From Eledone cirrhosa (taxonomy: Eukaryota): a stretch of 64,000 nucleotides of DNA. Below are positions 39,232 through 51,290 of this stretch, one piece after another. Position 1 is the first letter of the stretch. Every line of letters starts with the position of its first letter. A model generated the notes under the pieces. The model was given only the letters and a program-made list of their open reading frames with translations. It was not told where the DNA came from and ran no database searches. The stretch is taken from NCBI GenBank assembly GCA_964016885.1, contig OZ024740.1:128402001-128466000 (forward strand), read 5' to 3'. Position numbers and translations under genes: made by a program.

Positions 39232-41290
39232 GGTAGTATAATAAGTAAGGCAATCAAAGATATGAAGACAGGCAAGGCAGCTGGGCCTTTGGAGATAGTT
39301 GCTGAGATATTGAAGGCATCTGGAATGGTGGGACATACTATGGTCACCCGTATAGTTAACCAAGTAATACAGAATGGGGTCATACCAAAAGATTGGCGTA
39401 GCAGCATCATCATTAACAGCTACAAGGGTAAAGGAGATGCTCTAGATAGAGGAAACTATATAGGCATTAAGTTAGTTGACCAGGTCATGAAGATCACAGA
39501 AAGAGTTATAGCGCAACTAATCAGAGAGCGAATTGATCTAGATGAAATGCAGTTTGGGTTTGTGACAGGAAAAAGTACCGCAGACGCTCTTTTTCTTGTA
39601 CGACAACTACAAGATAAGTACCTAGTTAAAAGTAAACCTCTTAACTTTTGTAGACCTAGAAGAAGCCTTTGACAGAGTCCCCCGCTCCATTATCTGGTGT
39701 GCTCTTAGAAAACAAGGTGTAGATGAATGGCTTGTGAGAGCTATACAAGCTATGTATAATGAAACAGTCAGTAAGGTTAGAATTAACAATGAATATTGTG
39801 AAGAATTTAGTGTAAAAGTTGGTGTTCACCAAAGCTTTGTCCTTATCCCCCCTCCTATTTATTATTGCCCTTCAGGCTATAACAGAGGAGTTCAAGACCG
39901 GCTGCCCATTGGAACTCCTATACACAGATGATCTAATGCTCATAGCTGAATCAATGGCTGTACTAGAAAAGAAATTCCAAACATGGAAGCATGGCCTAGA
40001 ATCAAAAGGCCTTAAAGTTAACTTGTCTAAGACTAAAGTCCTAGTTTGTAGAAAGGAAAATAAGGCACAGGTACCCCCAGGGAAATGGCCTTGCTCAGTG
40101 TGTAGGAAAGGAGTAGGCAGAAATTCAATTTTATGTCCCAAATGCAAAGTATAGGTACATAAAAGATGTAGTGGGATCACAGGTAAACTATCTAAGAACG
40201 TAGACTTTATATGTGGCCGATGCTCAGGTGCAATAGGTAGCAAGTGTCCACAGGATACTAGCCCTTTCTATTGCCCAGATGATTCTATAGAAATAGTAGA
40301 CACTTTCCGTTACCTGGGTGATGAAATCAGCAGTGGTGGAGGGTGTTCTAAAAGTACAGTAGCCAGAGTCAGAATGGGAAGGAAAAAGTTCAAAGAGCTT
40401 ATACCGCTGTTGGCCACAAAAGGTTTCTCTCTAAAAATAAAAGGCAGATTGTATGATGCTTGTATACGAACAGCAATGCTACATGGCAGTAAGACATGGG
40501 CATCGCGTGCAGAGGACCTGCGTAGACTGGAAAGGAACGAAGCATGCATGCTCTGTTGGATGTGTAATAGTAATATACGTGAACGGCAAAGCATAAGTGA
40601 ACTAAGTGAGAAATTAGGAATAAGAAGGATCAGATGCTGTTTAGTCGAGAGAAGACTACGTTGGTATGGCTACATGATGCGCATGAAAGACGACAGCTGT
40701 ATAAAAAAGTGCAGGGCGATAAAAATTTATGATAGTTACGGAGTAGGTTGACCCAGAAAAACCTGCGACGATCTGATAAATTCCGACCTTACACACTTGC
40801 ACCTCTCTAAGACAATGTCACTGGACCGAGATCTTTGGCGCTACACAGTAATACAGAAGACCCGCCTTGCCTATGTACAAAGCGAAACCTTAACTAAATA
40901 TAGGCACCTCTTAACCAAATATATACCCCAATCCACTACCCCTACCCTATTCTCCCACTCCCACCAACATCGCCCTCTCTCTATAAAGTTGGTACCACAA
41001 CCTCCAGTCCACATAAATAAGATTGAGATCGTGTAGATGCCATGAGAAAAAAAACACACAGTCCACACTGTAATGTAGCCGTCTAGGTAACAGGGTAAAA
41101 AGTTCCCAGTTCCACACTCTAAATGTGGTTGGTCTTAGGAAGGGCATCCAGACGTAGAAAACCTGCCAGATAGTCCTATATGAGCGACACATGGTCACCC
41201 GACCAAACCTTGCCTCAAGTGGGTCAACTCCCGTCTAACCCATGCTAGTGTGGAATGTGGACGTTAAACGAAGACGATGATGATGATCAT
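39232..41290 (+). mobile_element. 5'-truncated RTE LINE (long 3' UTR type)
   Basis: GKAAGP, YKGKGD, QFGF, LLYTDD, RRLRWYG; (TGA)n tail. Confidence 0.9.
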
Positions 41291-41296
41291 GATAAT

Positions 41297-42585
41297 ATAT
41301 ATACTTAGCCTTTGTTGACCTAGAGAAGGCCTTTGATAGGGTACCCCGATCTGTCATCTGGTGGTCCCTAAGGAAGCTAGGTGTTGAGGAATGGCTTGTG
41401 AGGACAGTGCAAACTTTGTACAGAGGTACTCTCAGTAAAGTCAGGGTAGGAATGGAGTTTAGTGAGGAATTCCAGATACAAGTAGGAGTACATCAGGCTT
41501 CGGTCCTCAGCCCGCTCTTGTTCATTATAGTCCTCCAAGCCATAACAGAGGAGTTTAAGACTGGCTGTCCATGGGAACTTCTCTATGCTGACGATCTGGC
41601 TCTTATAGCAGAATCAGTAGAGGAGCTAGAGAATAAATTCCGGCTATGGAAACAGCAGTTGGAAGCAAGAGGACTGAGAGTAAATCTAGCTAAGACAAAA
41701 GTGTTGATGAGTAGAAAAGAGGACAAAACCCTGATTCCGTCAGGGAAATGGCCATGTTCGATATGCAGAAAAGGAACTGCCATAAATTCTATAAAATGCA
41801 CACAATGCAGGTCCTGGGTACACAAGAGATGTAGCGGGATAGCAGGCAAACTAACAGGTAGGGAGAAATATGTATGCAGTAGATGTACAGGGAAATTAGA
41901 CAGTAGAAGTCGCACTGATAGACACATGTTTCAAATGCGAGAGGGCGCTATAGAAGTGGTGGATAGCTTCCGGTACCTGGGAGATCAGATTAGCATGGGA
42001 GGAGGGTGTTCCGAGGCCATAGTATCTAGAATAAGGACGGGTTGGAAGAAGTTTAGGGAGCTGCTTACTCTGTTGATGAAGAAGGGTTTCTCCCTGCGTA
42101 CGAAAGGCCGGTTGTATGATGCCTGTGTGAGGAGCGCGATGCTGCATGGTAGTGAGACATGGGCAGCAACCGCAGAGGATATGCGACGGCTGGAGAGAAA
42201 TGAGGCAAGCATGCTCCGTTGGATGTGCAGTGTAAATGTGCATGAACGACCCAGCATAAATGTGTTGAGAGAGAAACTGTGTCTGAGAGGGATTGAATGT
42301 AGTGTACGGGAGAGGAGACTGAAGTGGTATGGATATGTGATGCGCATGGAGGATGACCGATGGGTGAAGAAGTGCCAGGAAATGCCAGTTGAAGGAAGAC
42401 GTGGTAGAGGTAGACCACGAAAAACATGGGCGGAGGTGGTGAGAACAGACCTCAGATCATTGAAGCTCACGGTGGAGATGACGAGGGACCGTGACGAGTG
42501 GAGAGATGCTGTGCTGAATAAGACCCGTCCCACCCTTGCAAGCAGGGAAAAGCGGACGTAAAATGATGATGATGATGATGATGAT
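41297..42585 (+). mobile_element. Young 5'-truncated RTE LINE (short-tail type)
   Basis: Uninterrupted frame from YLAFVDLEKAFDRVP to the stop at 42561; (TGA)n tail. Confidence 0.95.
41398..42561 (+). CDS. RTE ORF2 C-terminal half: reverse transcriptase with PHD-like finger
   Basis: 387-aa ORF; HQASVLSPLLF, LLYADD, KTKVL, C4HC3 finger, FRYLG. Confidence 0.85.
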   Translation: MRTVQTLYRGTLSKVRVGMEFSEEFQIQVGVHQASVLSPLLFIIVLQAITEEFKTGCPWELLYADDLALIAESVEELENKFRLWKQQLEARGLRVNLAKTKVLMSRKEDKTLIPSGKWPCSICRKGTAINSIKCTQCRSWVHKRCSGIAGKLTGREKYVCSRCTGKLDSRSRTDRHMFQMREGAIEVVDSFRYLGDQISMGGGCSEAIVSRIRTGWKKFRELLTLLMKKGFSLRTKGRLYDACVRSAMLHGSETWAATAEDMRRLERNEASMLRWMCSVNVHERPSINVLREKLCLRGIECSVRERRLKWYGYVMRMEDDRWVKKCQEMPVEGRRGRGRPRKTWAEVVRTDLRSLKLTVEMTRDRDEWRDAVLNKTRPTLASREKRT

Positions 42586-42650
42586 GTATATATATATATA
42601 TATATGAATGTATGTATATTTGGCAATATACCGTATGTTTAATTAAAATC

Positions 42651-42691
<41 letters not shown>

Positions 42692-43381
42692 TCATCATCA
42701 TCATCATCATCGTTTAACATCCATATTCCACTCTTGCATGGGTTTGGACGGGAGTTTTCCCATTTGAGGCAAGAGTGGTTGTCTTGCTCGCATAGGATTG
42801 TCCGGCGGGTTTTCTACGGTTGGATGCCCTTCCTAACACCAACCACATTTACAGTGTGGAACTGGGAGGTTTTTACCGTGTTACCTACACTGTCACATTA
42901 CAGCGTGGACTGTTTTTTTTTTTTTTTTCGTCGTGACACCTACACGACCTCATTTGTTTCGGGCTGGATGTTGTGGTACCAAGATAACTTTACATTGAAA
43001 GGGGTGGTGTGGATGAGGTGGGATAGTGGGACAGGGGTGTATTTTGTTAGAGGTGCCTACTGACTGTAGCAGGTTTCACTTTGTACTTAGGTAAGGCGGG
43101 TCTTCTCTATTACTGTGTAGCGCCAAAGATCTTGGTCCAGTGACATTGTCTTGGAGAGGTGTAAGTGTGTGAGGTCGGAATTTATCAAGTCGTCCCAGGT
43201 TTTTCTGGGTCTGCCTACTCCGTGGCTACCGTCTATTTTTATTGCCCTGCACTTTTTTATACAGCTGTCGTCTTTCATGCGCATCACGTGACCATACCAA
43301 CGTAGTCTTCTCTCGAGTAAACAACATCTGATCCCTCTTATTTTTAATTTTTCCCTTCGTTTATGTTCATTTATGCTTTGC
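42692..43381 (-). mobile_element. RTE LINE 3' end (long 3' UTR type)
   Basis: RRLRWYGHVMRMKDD..GRPRKTW; close inverted match to 38345-39022. Confidence 0.9.
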
Positions 43382-43407
43382 ATATATATATATGTATATA
43401 CACACAC

Positions 43408-44101
43408 TTCCGGGCGGTATTCAATGGCGTTTCTAGAAACGTAACAATCTCCTGTATCGAACTAAAGAACACCAGACTACGATCTCTAACTGGATTGTCG
43501 TGGATTACGTGAAGGGCATATAATCGAAAAATACACTCCCCTGACCATGAAAATGCCGAAGTACATGAAATACTTGACATCCCTGCGCTGTGCATCTCCA
43601 TTACTTATAACACTTTTAATGCTTGCACTATCTTTAATGCTTATAATATTTCTCCACACACAGACTATATCAATCATATAAAGAATTTGCCACCAGATCT
43701 ACCAACCTAACACTCTTATTTACCTACCTAAGTGCCTCTACCACACATATCTCTCTGCCACACTATATAAACAAGACGCGCATGCGTGCCACACATATAA
43801 CATTTGCACTATATAACCGCTTATCTTCATGTATTTTAACCTATATTTTTGATTTTTGATTGTACCTATTAATATAAATGTAATCTCGAAGTGTGTACTG
43901 CCACTCTAAATTCTGTAATGAATGTTGACCCACAATGTTTGAATATGTATCAATGTTTGAATATGTATTGGTATGTCTCTCGGCTGAAGGGGAGGTCATA
44001 TAACTGTCCATGCATTAATAAATTGCTCCGAAGAATCCAAACCTCGGTTTGGAGGAAACAGCTGTAAGCACAATAATGTTTTGAACAGTTCTTTGATTCT
44101 T

Positions 44102-44110
<9 letters not shown>
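43408..44110 (+). mobile_element. Probable PLE 3' remnant with pLTR hammerhead
   Basis: Weak GIY-YIG-tail-like RGLREGHIIEKYTPL near 43499-43543; HHR at 44024-44070; ends in (TA)n. Confidence 0.5.
44024..44070 (+). ncRNA. Minimal type-I hammerhead motif (C4 variant)
   Basis: TGCT-CCGAAGA-ATCCAAACC/GGTTTGGAG-GAAA-CAGCTG-TA-AGCA; palindromic stem III ACAGCTGT; GUA triplet. Confidence 0.7.
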
Positions 44111-44132
<22 letters not shown>

Positions 44133-44673
44133 GCAAAAGTTCCATTTAAAATTGTTGGGATACAACAAGTAAATATTTTATAACTGATATAAAGCACTCG
44201 ACAAGTTTTTGGAGTAAATATACGATATTAAATAAATGGAAACTATATTTATAAAACCATATTTATTTCATTATACATATTTCAGGGATACCAAATTAAA
44301 ATATGGTATGCCTTCATCAGACAAAATACAATATATAAACAGTTTTATAAATAATTTTGACGTACCCTGTTAAATGCAACCATTATTTTTGGAAGCTGTC
44401 TGGATAGTGAGATGTTTATAATTATTTTATTAGTTATAGTGTTAAGCACAGTTAGAAAAAGACGGAGAGAAAGAAAAAAACGGAGAGAGCGAAGGAGAGA
44501 GAAAAAGAAGGTTGCATTTAATAGGGTACGTCAAAATTATTTATAAAACTGTTTATTTATTGTATTTTGTCTGATGAAGGCATACCATATTTTAATTTGG
44601 TATCCCTGAAATATGTATAATGAAATAAATATGGTTTTATAAATATAGTTTCCATTTATTTAATATCGTATAT
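44133..44673 (-). mobile_element. Fold-back hammerhead element (family A)
   Basis: 164-bp arms 44218-44381 / 44510-44673, 128-bp spacer, tail 44133-44217 homologous to 3247-3340, (TA)n flanks. Confidence 0.85.
44563..44627 (+). ncRNA. Minimal type-I hammerhead motif (mirror copy on minus strand 44264-44328)
   Basis: TATTTTGT-CTGATGA-AGGCATACCA/TGGTATCCCT-GAAA-TATGTATA-ATGAAATA. Confidence 0.7.
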
Positions 44674-44773
44674 ATATATATATTTATATTTATATATACA
44701 CATATATATATATTATTATCATTGATATCATTATATATGCCCATGGTCAAGCTTATAATTAAATGATAATGAT

Positions 44774-44804
<31 letters not shown>

Positions 44805-46426
44805 ATATATATATATGTATTTACATACATATAGATCCCGTTAAGGGTGAAAGCAGTGATTCTTTACTTAAACTTGAATCTGTTATTTTAACACACATAT
44901 ATATATAAGGGTTTCGAAGACCCGTCATTCATGTCACTGCACGACAACCTGTCTAGTGTTGGTGATCTACCTGAAAAATGCACCCAGTACACATTGTAAA
45001 GTTGTTGGTGATTGGAAGGGTATCCAGCCATAGAAAGCATGCCTAACAAAGGGTTGGGAGAAACCTTCAGTTGTATCAAGTATAAGAGAGCCTCCCTAAT
45101 GATAATGATCTACAGGATAAATGCACCTAGGACACGCTGTAAGGTGATTGGTAATAGGAGGGCATCCAACCATAGAAAGCTTTCCAAACAAAGGAATGTA
45201 AGGGCCCTTTAATTGTTTTAAAGACATTACCACCGGTCCTGTGCACTTGATAGAACATAAATGATGATGATGATATGTATGATTTTGTTTCTAGATTCCA
45301 TGTTGGTCTTTTTTTACTACATATGTACCACAGTGGATTGAAACTACAGACCTTTACTTCTAATGTAAGGTTAATATTGGTCTTCTCTACTATGCAGGTG
45401 ATACATAATAAGTTAAAGGTACTGGCAACAATTAATAGAGTGACGTGAGAAATGGGCTTACCGATTTTCATTTCAGAAAATAAAAAAGGGTATATCTAGT
45501 GTTTTTAGAGAAGTCTTAGTTCGTATTGTAGTTCTCTGTCAATTATAGAAATTTCATTGCATAGCGATATATGAATTCCTTTGTCAAACCATACGTGTCC
45601 AGCCATTCCTTACTTAGATGTTACTCCTCTCATTAAAGCCTTTTGATCTTCCTTTCTTGTGACCTTCAGCAGCTGTGCAGTTAATCTCTTTTGTAAAGCT
45701 TTCTGTATATATTATAGTCGCAATTCTTATCTTTTACTCATTCTTGAAATATGTGTTTCTTTTAAATATAGTTGTGATGTTATTAGGAAACTTATATGAA
45801 GGGTCATGCATTTTGTTATTCAGCATTGTGCTTCACAGGTAACTTGTTTCTTCTTTTTATAATGATATATTGATGCTGTAGGCAATTCCATTTTTCATAA
45901 TATATTGATGGTGTGACTTACAGTTTATATGTAGTCGACTGTCAGTAAATATTTGCCATTTTCATGAATGTATCAAGAAAAAAACAGTTGGCTATTTCCA
46001 TGTGGTCAAGAAAAAGTTGGAATATTTTCTTTGTGTTACTGGAACATGCTAGAGTCATCTAGGGAACTTAAAGTAAGATTCAGTGGAGAGATTAATCATT
46101 ACTGCTGATAATAGGGAACTGATATACAAAGGCAAGTGTTAAGAGCACTCAGTTCATATTATGAGTTAAGTATAATTAGTTACAATAGTGACATATACAA
46201 ATACTTAAGTTTCTTTGGGTTGTTTATCCCCAACTCATTAAGCCTGTCACATAATTATCCTATAATTAGACAAATACCTGAAATATTGTAAATGAAAAGG
46301 GAGGTAACTATAAAAATATCCCAAGGTTGAAAAATACGAAAAACAATTTATAACAAATAAAACAAAACAAAGTAATGTTTTACCCAGTGCATTTTAGCAT
46401 GATATTTCAGGTCTAATACCCTCTTT

Positions 46427-48933
46427 TCAATCAAGTGAGTGATCAGTTTTCAATGTTTTCTTACCTAACTGGTCTATGTGTTTATAAAACTCAGGTACAT
46501 TCATGGGGTCACTACAGTAACCATTCTGCTTCATCCATTTATTTATCTGCTTCATCCTATTATTTATCTCTGGTTTTATTTGGCTGATAAAAATGGCCTC
46601 CTTAATCCTTAAATTTCTCATGATTCTTTCAGTTGCCTCTATAGTAAACTCAATGTCTTGGTTGCAACATCTGTCAAGAGGTTTTTTAATAGGAGAGGCT
46701 CTCAATGTCATGTGCTTCTTGATCTGTATTTGTAGCCGCCTTATCGTACTTCCAGTGTATGTGCAGCAACATTTTTTGCATGTGATCTTAGAGACTACAT
46801 ATGCTCTCATGCACTCTTTTGCATTGTTGATTGGATAATTAGGAAGTGTGCATATATATCACTGTATGTGGAGCAGTCTCCTCAGTAAGGGTCCTGTATA
46901 TATAGTCTCTCTTTATGGATGGCTTCTGATGGCAGCTGTCGTTTTCTCATTGAAATGCGGCAGCTATAGGTAGACCATGTTATCCTTAACAGCAGGTGTC
47001 TTTGTTCTTTTACATGTTGCTGTCCTGGTGATTCAGTGTTTAGTGAGAGAAGTAAGGTATCCATTTTCAATGAGAATTCATTGGAATTCCACCATGCTTG
47101 TATGTCTGCCTTCACCCTTGCTGCATTTGTTGCATATCCAGGAGATCTCTATCCATATATAGGCTATTTTGTCAATGTAGGGAAGGGCAGCATCATGGTG
47201 CACAAAAATGTCTCTGCAGGCATCCTACCTGTAACATTTTGTGTTTAGAGTTCCCTCCTCTGTGACTCTTAGTGTAAATCAAGTGGTGTCTGGAGATTCA
47301 AGTTCAAATTTTATGTGAGTGTCAATGTTTTGAAAGATGCAGATCTTGATGGCTTCTTGAACTGATGAAGCATGCATACGGTTGTCATCCATATACGTGG
47401 AGAATAAGGAGCCAGACAGGCAGGTGCTGGTGTTGTGCGCTCCAACTGGCTCAAGTATTTCAGGCCAACAGGCCCGAAATACTTGATCCTATCAGAAGTC
47501 CTGAAATTTGTTTGTATACAGAGCCCTCAAATTGAAAAAAGTTGTTGCCCATGATGATAGAGAGTAGCTCGCAAATGTCAGCAGCAGTGAGCCCCAAAAA
47601 ATCAGGTAAGTAAGTCAGTAGCTGGGGAGGTGGTTGACTGAGGTGTACAGGGAAACTATGTCAAAACTAAATGGCTATCTCTTTTGTTCAAGTGTGTGGG
47701 TTAAATTCTTTTAGCCTGTTGACTACTTCTTGTAAGCTGTCTATGTGTCAGTGGTATGTGTGAAGAAGAGGTTTCAGAAGAGAAAAGCCAGCACATTTTA
47801 TAGAAAGGACCATTTATGTCAGAAATAATGGGTCTAATTTTTAAGTTGGGTTCTGATTTATGTGTTTCGATAAGATAGCAGAAAGTAGGGAACTTACTGT
47901 TTCTGGTGAAGATACATTTTTATTTTACTAGGGGTTACAGATATAAGACCAGCTGGTGTTAGTGATGGTCTCTAGTTGACTGGGTGGGGTGTTGTTGCTA
48001 ACCTTACTATATAGAGTTGTGTTATTATGCATTCTAATGCTAGTTTTTTGTAAATGTTCTGCTCAATGATGCAGAATTCTATCCCTTTGTCTGATGAGCG
48101 GTATATTGATTTTTTTAACATTGTTCTCTCAGAGTGGTGCACTGAGGCTTAGAAAGATTGTGGGAAGAAGAGGAGTGCTTCTGTAAGATCTTGGAGATAG
48201 AATTCTTAAGTCTGGCTAGTTTAGCATTAAGTTCATGGTTGTTGGTGTGTGGTTGGAGTGGGTTGTCTGGATGGAATATGGGGAAAGAACCAAAGTTAGT
48301 GCTGGCAGAGGTAGTAGTAGTGGCACTGATAGTGACAGCAATGTTGTTGGTTATGTTTGTTGTGTATGTATGTATGTATGTATGTATGTATGTATGTATG
48401 TATGTATGTATGTATGTATGTATGTATGTATATTCTCTTTCTCTTAATTTCGAGTACATTATTGACTGAGCACCTTCCTGGTGACAAGGTTGTAATAGAA
48501 AAGAAATTGTCATCCCTTTAATCGCAAGAATGTTTTGCAATTTATGAAGGTATCACATATCGCGGCCATTGAATTAGATCTATGAATTAGGTCTATGAAT
48601 TAGGGAGCTATGAATTAGGGAGCTCCACAAATACAAGTTCAGTCATACTTTGGTCCAAGCAGATTGGTATATAACCTGTTGCTCCAATAATAATAGGTAT
48701 GAAGCTGAAGGTATATCTTGGATACTGGATCTGCAAATTCCTCATCAGTGGTCTGTAGACACAAGAAACATATGGATAGATTCGCTATAAAAAAAAAAAT
48801 ATTCTTTCATAATAAAATATTTCATTTTTCACTATCTTCCTCTGAGAATATATAACATTTTGCCAGTACGTTTGAGAATTTCAGACATTGCTGTTTCAAG
48901 ATATGCTAATCTTTCATCAGTGACACTCACTCA
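46427..48933 (-). mobile_element. Decayed Penelope-like element (RT + GIY-YIG endonuclease)
   Basis: SDKG (~48085), THK..KIRPIIS (~47821-47870), SFDIVSLYTSV (~47640-47670), YMDD (~47385), VVSKITCKKC..YTGSTIRRL..KEAIFI..KPEIN (46427-46810); HHR upstream. Confidence 0.85.
48881..48923 (-). ncRNA. Type-I hammerhead with canonical core, upstream of the PLE ORF remnants
   Basis: Minus strand reads TCA-CTGATGA-AAGAT/ATCTT-GAAA-CA-GCAA-TG-TC-TGA; GUC triplet; distal TGAG/CTCA pairing. Confidence 0.75.
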
Positions 48934-49249
48934 ACCCATACTGGCATGGAAAGAGATTAGTGTAAATAGAATTTTGAATGATGAACTTTATACTGTTGAA
49001 AAAATTGTATAGGAATTGAGATGTCAATGGTGCAAAGTGGTAAAAATATTTAATATTTTATCTATAGTTCTTTATATAGTTTGAAAGCATCATATATCAG
49101 GTTTTTTTAAAGTTGTACATGTAGTTTCATCTGAAATATATCTCAGACATTACACAGATTTTTCCCTCATCATAAAAAAAATATCAGAATTGAGTTGGAA
49201 GTTGTCTGTAAATGTTTTTATCAAAGGAAGGATACTTGTGCATATGCAC

Positions 49250-49365
49250 ATGCACACATGCATGCACACACACACACATACACACACAGATACACACACA
49301 CATGCACACGCACATACACACACAAACAAACACTCAAACATGCACACACACACACATAAATATAT

Positions 49366-49397
<32 letters not shown>

Positions 49398-49630
49398 GTA
49401 TGTATATATGTATATATTTATATATATGCATATATGCAAACACATACACTCTAACTCTTTCATCCCTTTCTCTCTCACACACTTAAGCACTTAATAGACA
49501 CATTCACACCTGTGTGTAGAATGGTATGTATAAAAGTATCAGATACATTCAAATGTGCATCTGTCCATATTACATTTAAACACACCCACACACACAATAT
49601 ATATATATCATCAACACACACACACACATA

Positions 49631-49720
<90 letters not shown>
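49250..49720. repeat. (CA)n/(TA)n low-complexity block
   Basis: Direct reading. Confidence 0.9.
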
Positions 49721-49804
49721 TATGATTGTATGTGGATACATGTAGCAGATATTGATGGGTATGTTTATTGATTAATTCTCACACACTATGGTCGATATTC
49801 ATTT

Positions 49805-49839
<35 letters not shown>

Positions 49840-51255
49840 AGAGAGAGAGAAACAAAACGAATATCCACCTCATCAAGACATCTCTACCACCCCTTTACAA
49901 TCACACGCACAAACATATTTTTAAAATAAAAAAATAAAAGAGGGTTTTCATAAAAGGTGCATTTGAGTATAAAGAGGTGGATGAGTTTAGAAGATATGCT
50001 TAGAAGTGTTGGGTGTAGAAGTTGTGGGTTGGATAGGATAATGCATCTAAAATCATTCAAAAGGGATATAGATGCATTAAGAGTCTGCAATGGATTCTAA
50101 CTTCCCATTGACTGTAGTTTCTTTTAAATTTATTATTTTTAGATAAGTTTTTTCTTTCTTTTGCTCTCACCATGCAGGAACATTTCCGCAGACCATCCTT
50201 GCTTCCTTGTTCCATTGCCTTCATCTTTTTAAATTTCCAATTCCTCCTGCAATCCCCATTCTTCAATGACATTATCAGCCTTTTTATGAAAGCAATAAAT
50301 TGCGACGGATTTCTGCATGTTGCTTTTACCATTGAGATTTACAAAGAGAGGAGTGGAAAAATTACAGGTAGTATTTGGCGTTGGTGGCAGTGGTGGTAGT
50401 GGTTGTGTTAGTGTTGATGTAGCTTTTGGTAATGGGAAAGAAAAGGATGTGAAGGAGAAGTGCAGAAAAAGAAACACTAGTTGTTGTTGTGACCCAAATA
50501 AGCTCTGATCAAGCAGTTTTATGATGTAAGACATTTCAGTCATGACCATCCTGTCTTCTTACTATGTACAGGGAACCTAGGTCCACATTATCCAACGTGT
50601 TCTTTTTTAAGATATGGGGTATAATTTGACCAAAATATTGTTACATTCCATATTGAGTGACCATATAAAAGCCCTCTTTTGGAAGATGTTGAGGAGGAAG
50701 AATGCAGAAAATGTTGTTTAGTTCTGTAGCAGCGAAGATCTTACAGACATATGATCAAAGATGTTCCAGCCATGACCATCTGGTCGTTTTGAATGCATTT
50801 TTGTAATAGATTATTCAATGCGTTATTCCCTTTTCCTAGATGGTAGGGTTTGATTTGAGAGAGAGTTAGCTGCTATTTTTAGCAAGTCTAGTTGTATGTA
50901 GAGGGTTTATTGATGGTAGGGTGATGGTGTTGGTGTTGCTAAATTTTGGAGTTTAAGAGAGATGTGAGGAAGGAGAGAAGAGGTGCTTGAGTGATGTTTG
51001 TAGAAGTGTTAGTTGTAGTAATACAGTTTGTAATGGGTGAAATTCATGATGATAGTGGTGATTGTTGTGGTGGGGGATGGTGATAGTAGCTATATCAAAA
51101 ATATAAGCAGTTGTAGTCATACAAAGTGTGATGGTGGAAGAAAAAGTAGTCTTGGTACTGTTGGCAAGAGAAGGGGTGTTGAAAAAACAGTAATGTTGAT
51201 TGCACTAATAGTGTTAGAGGTTGTGTTGCTGCTGGTGATACCATTGATATTGGAT

Positions 51256-51290
<35 letters not shown>

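Noticed and set aside
48570-48625. Short tandem TGAATTAG-containing repeats (similar small duplications at 43933-43968 and 58810-58870)
   Set aside because: Slippage minisatellites without unique spacers; not CRISPR
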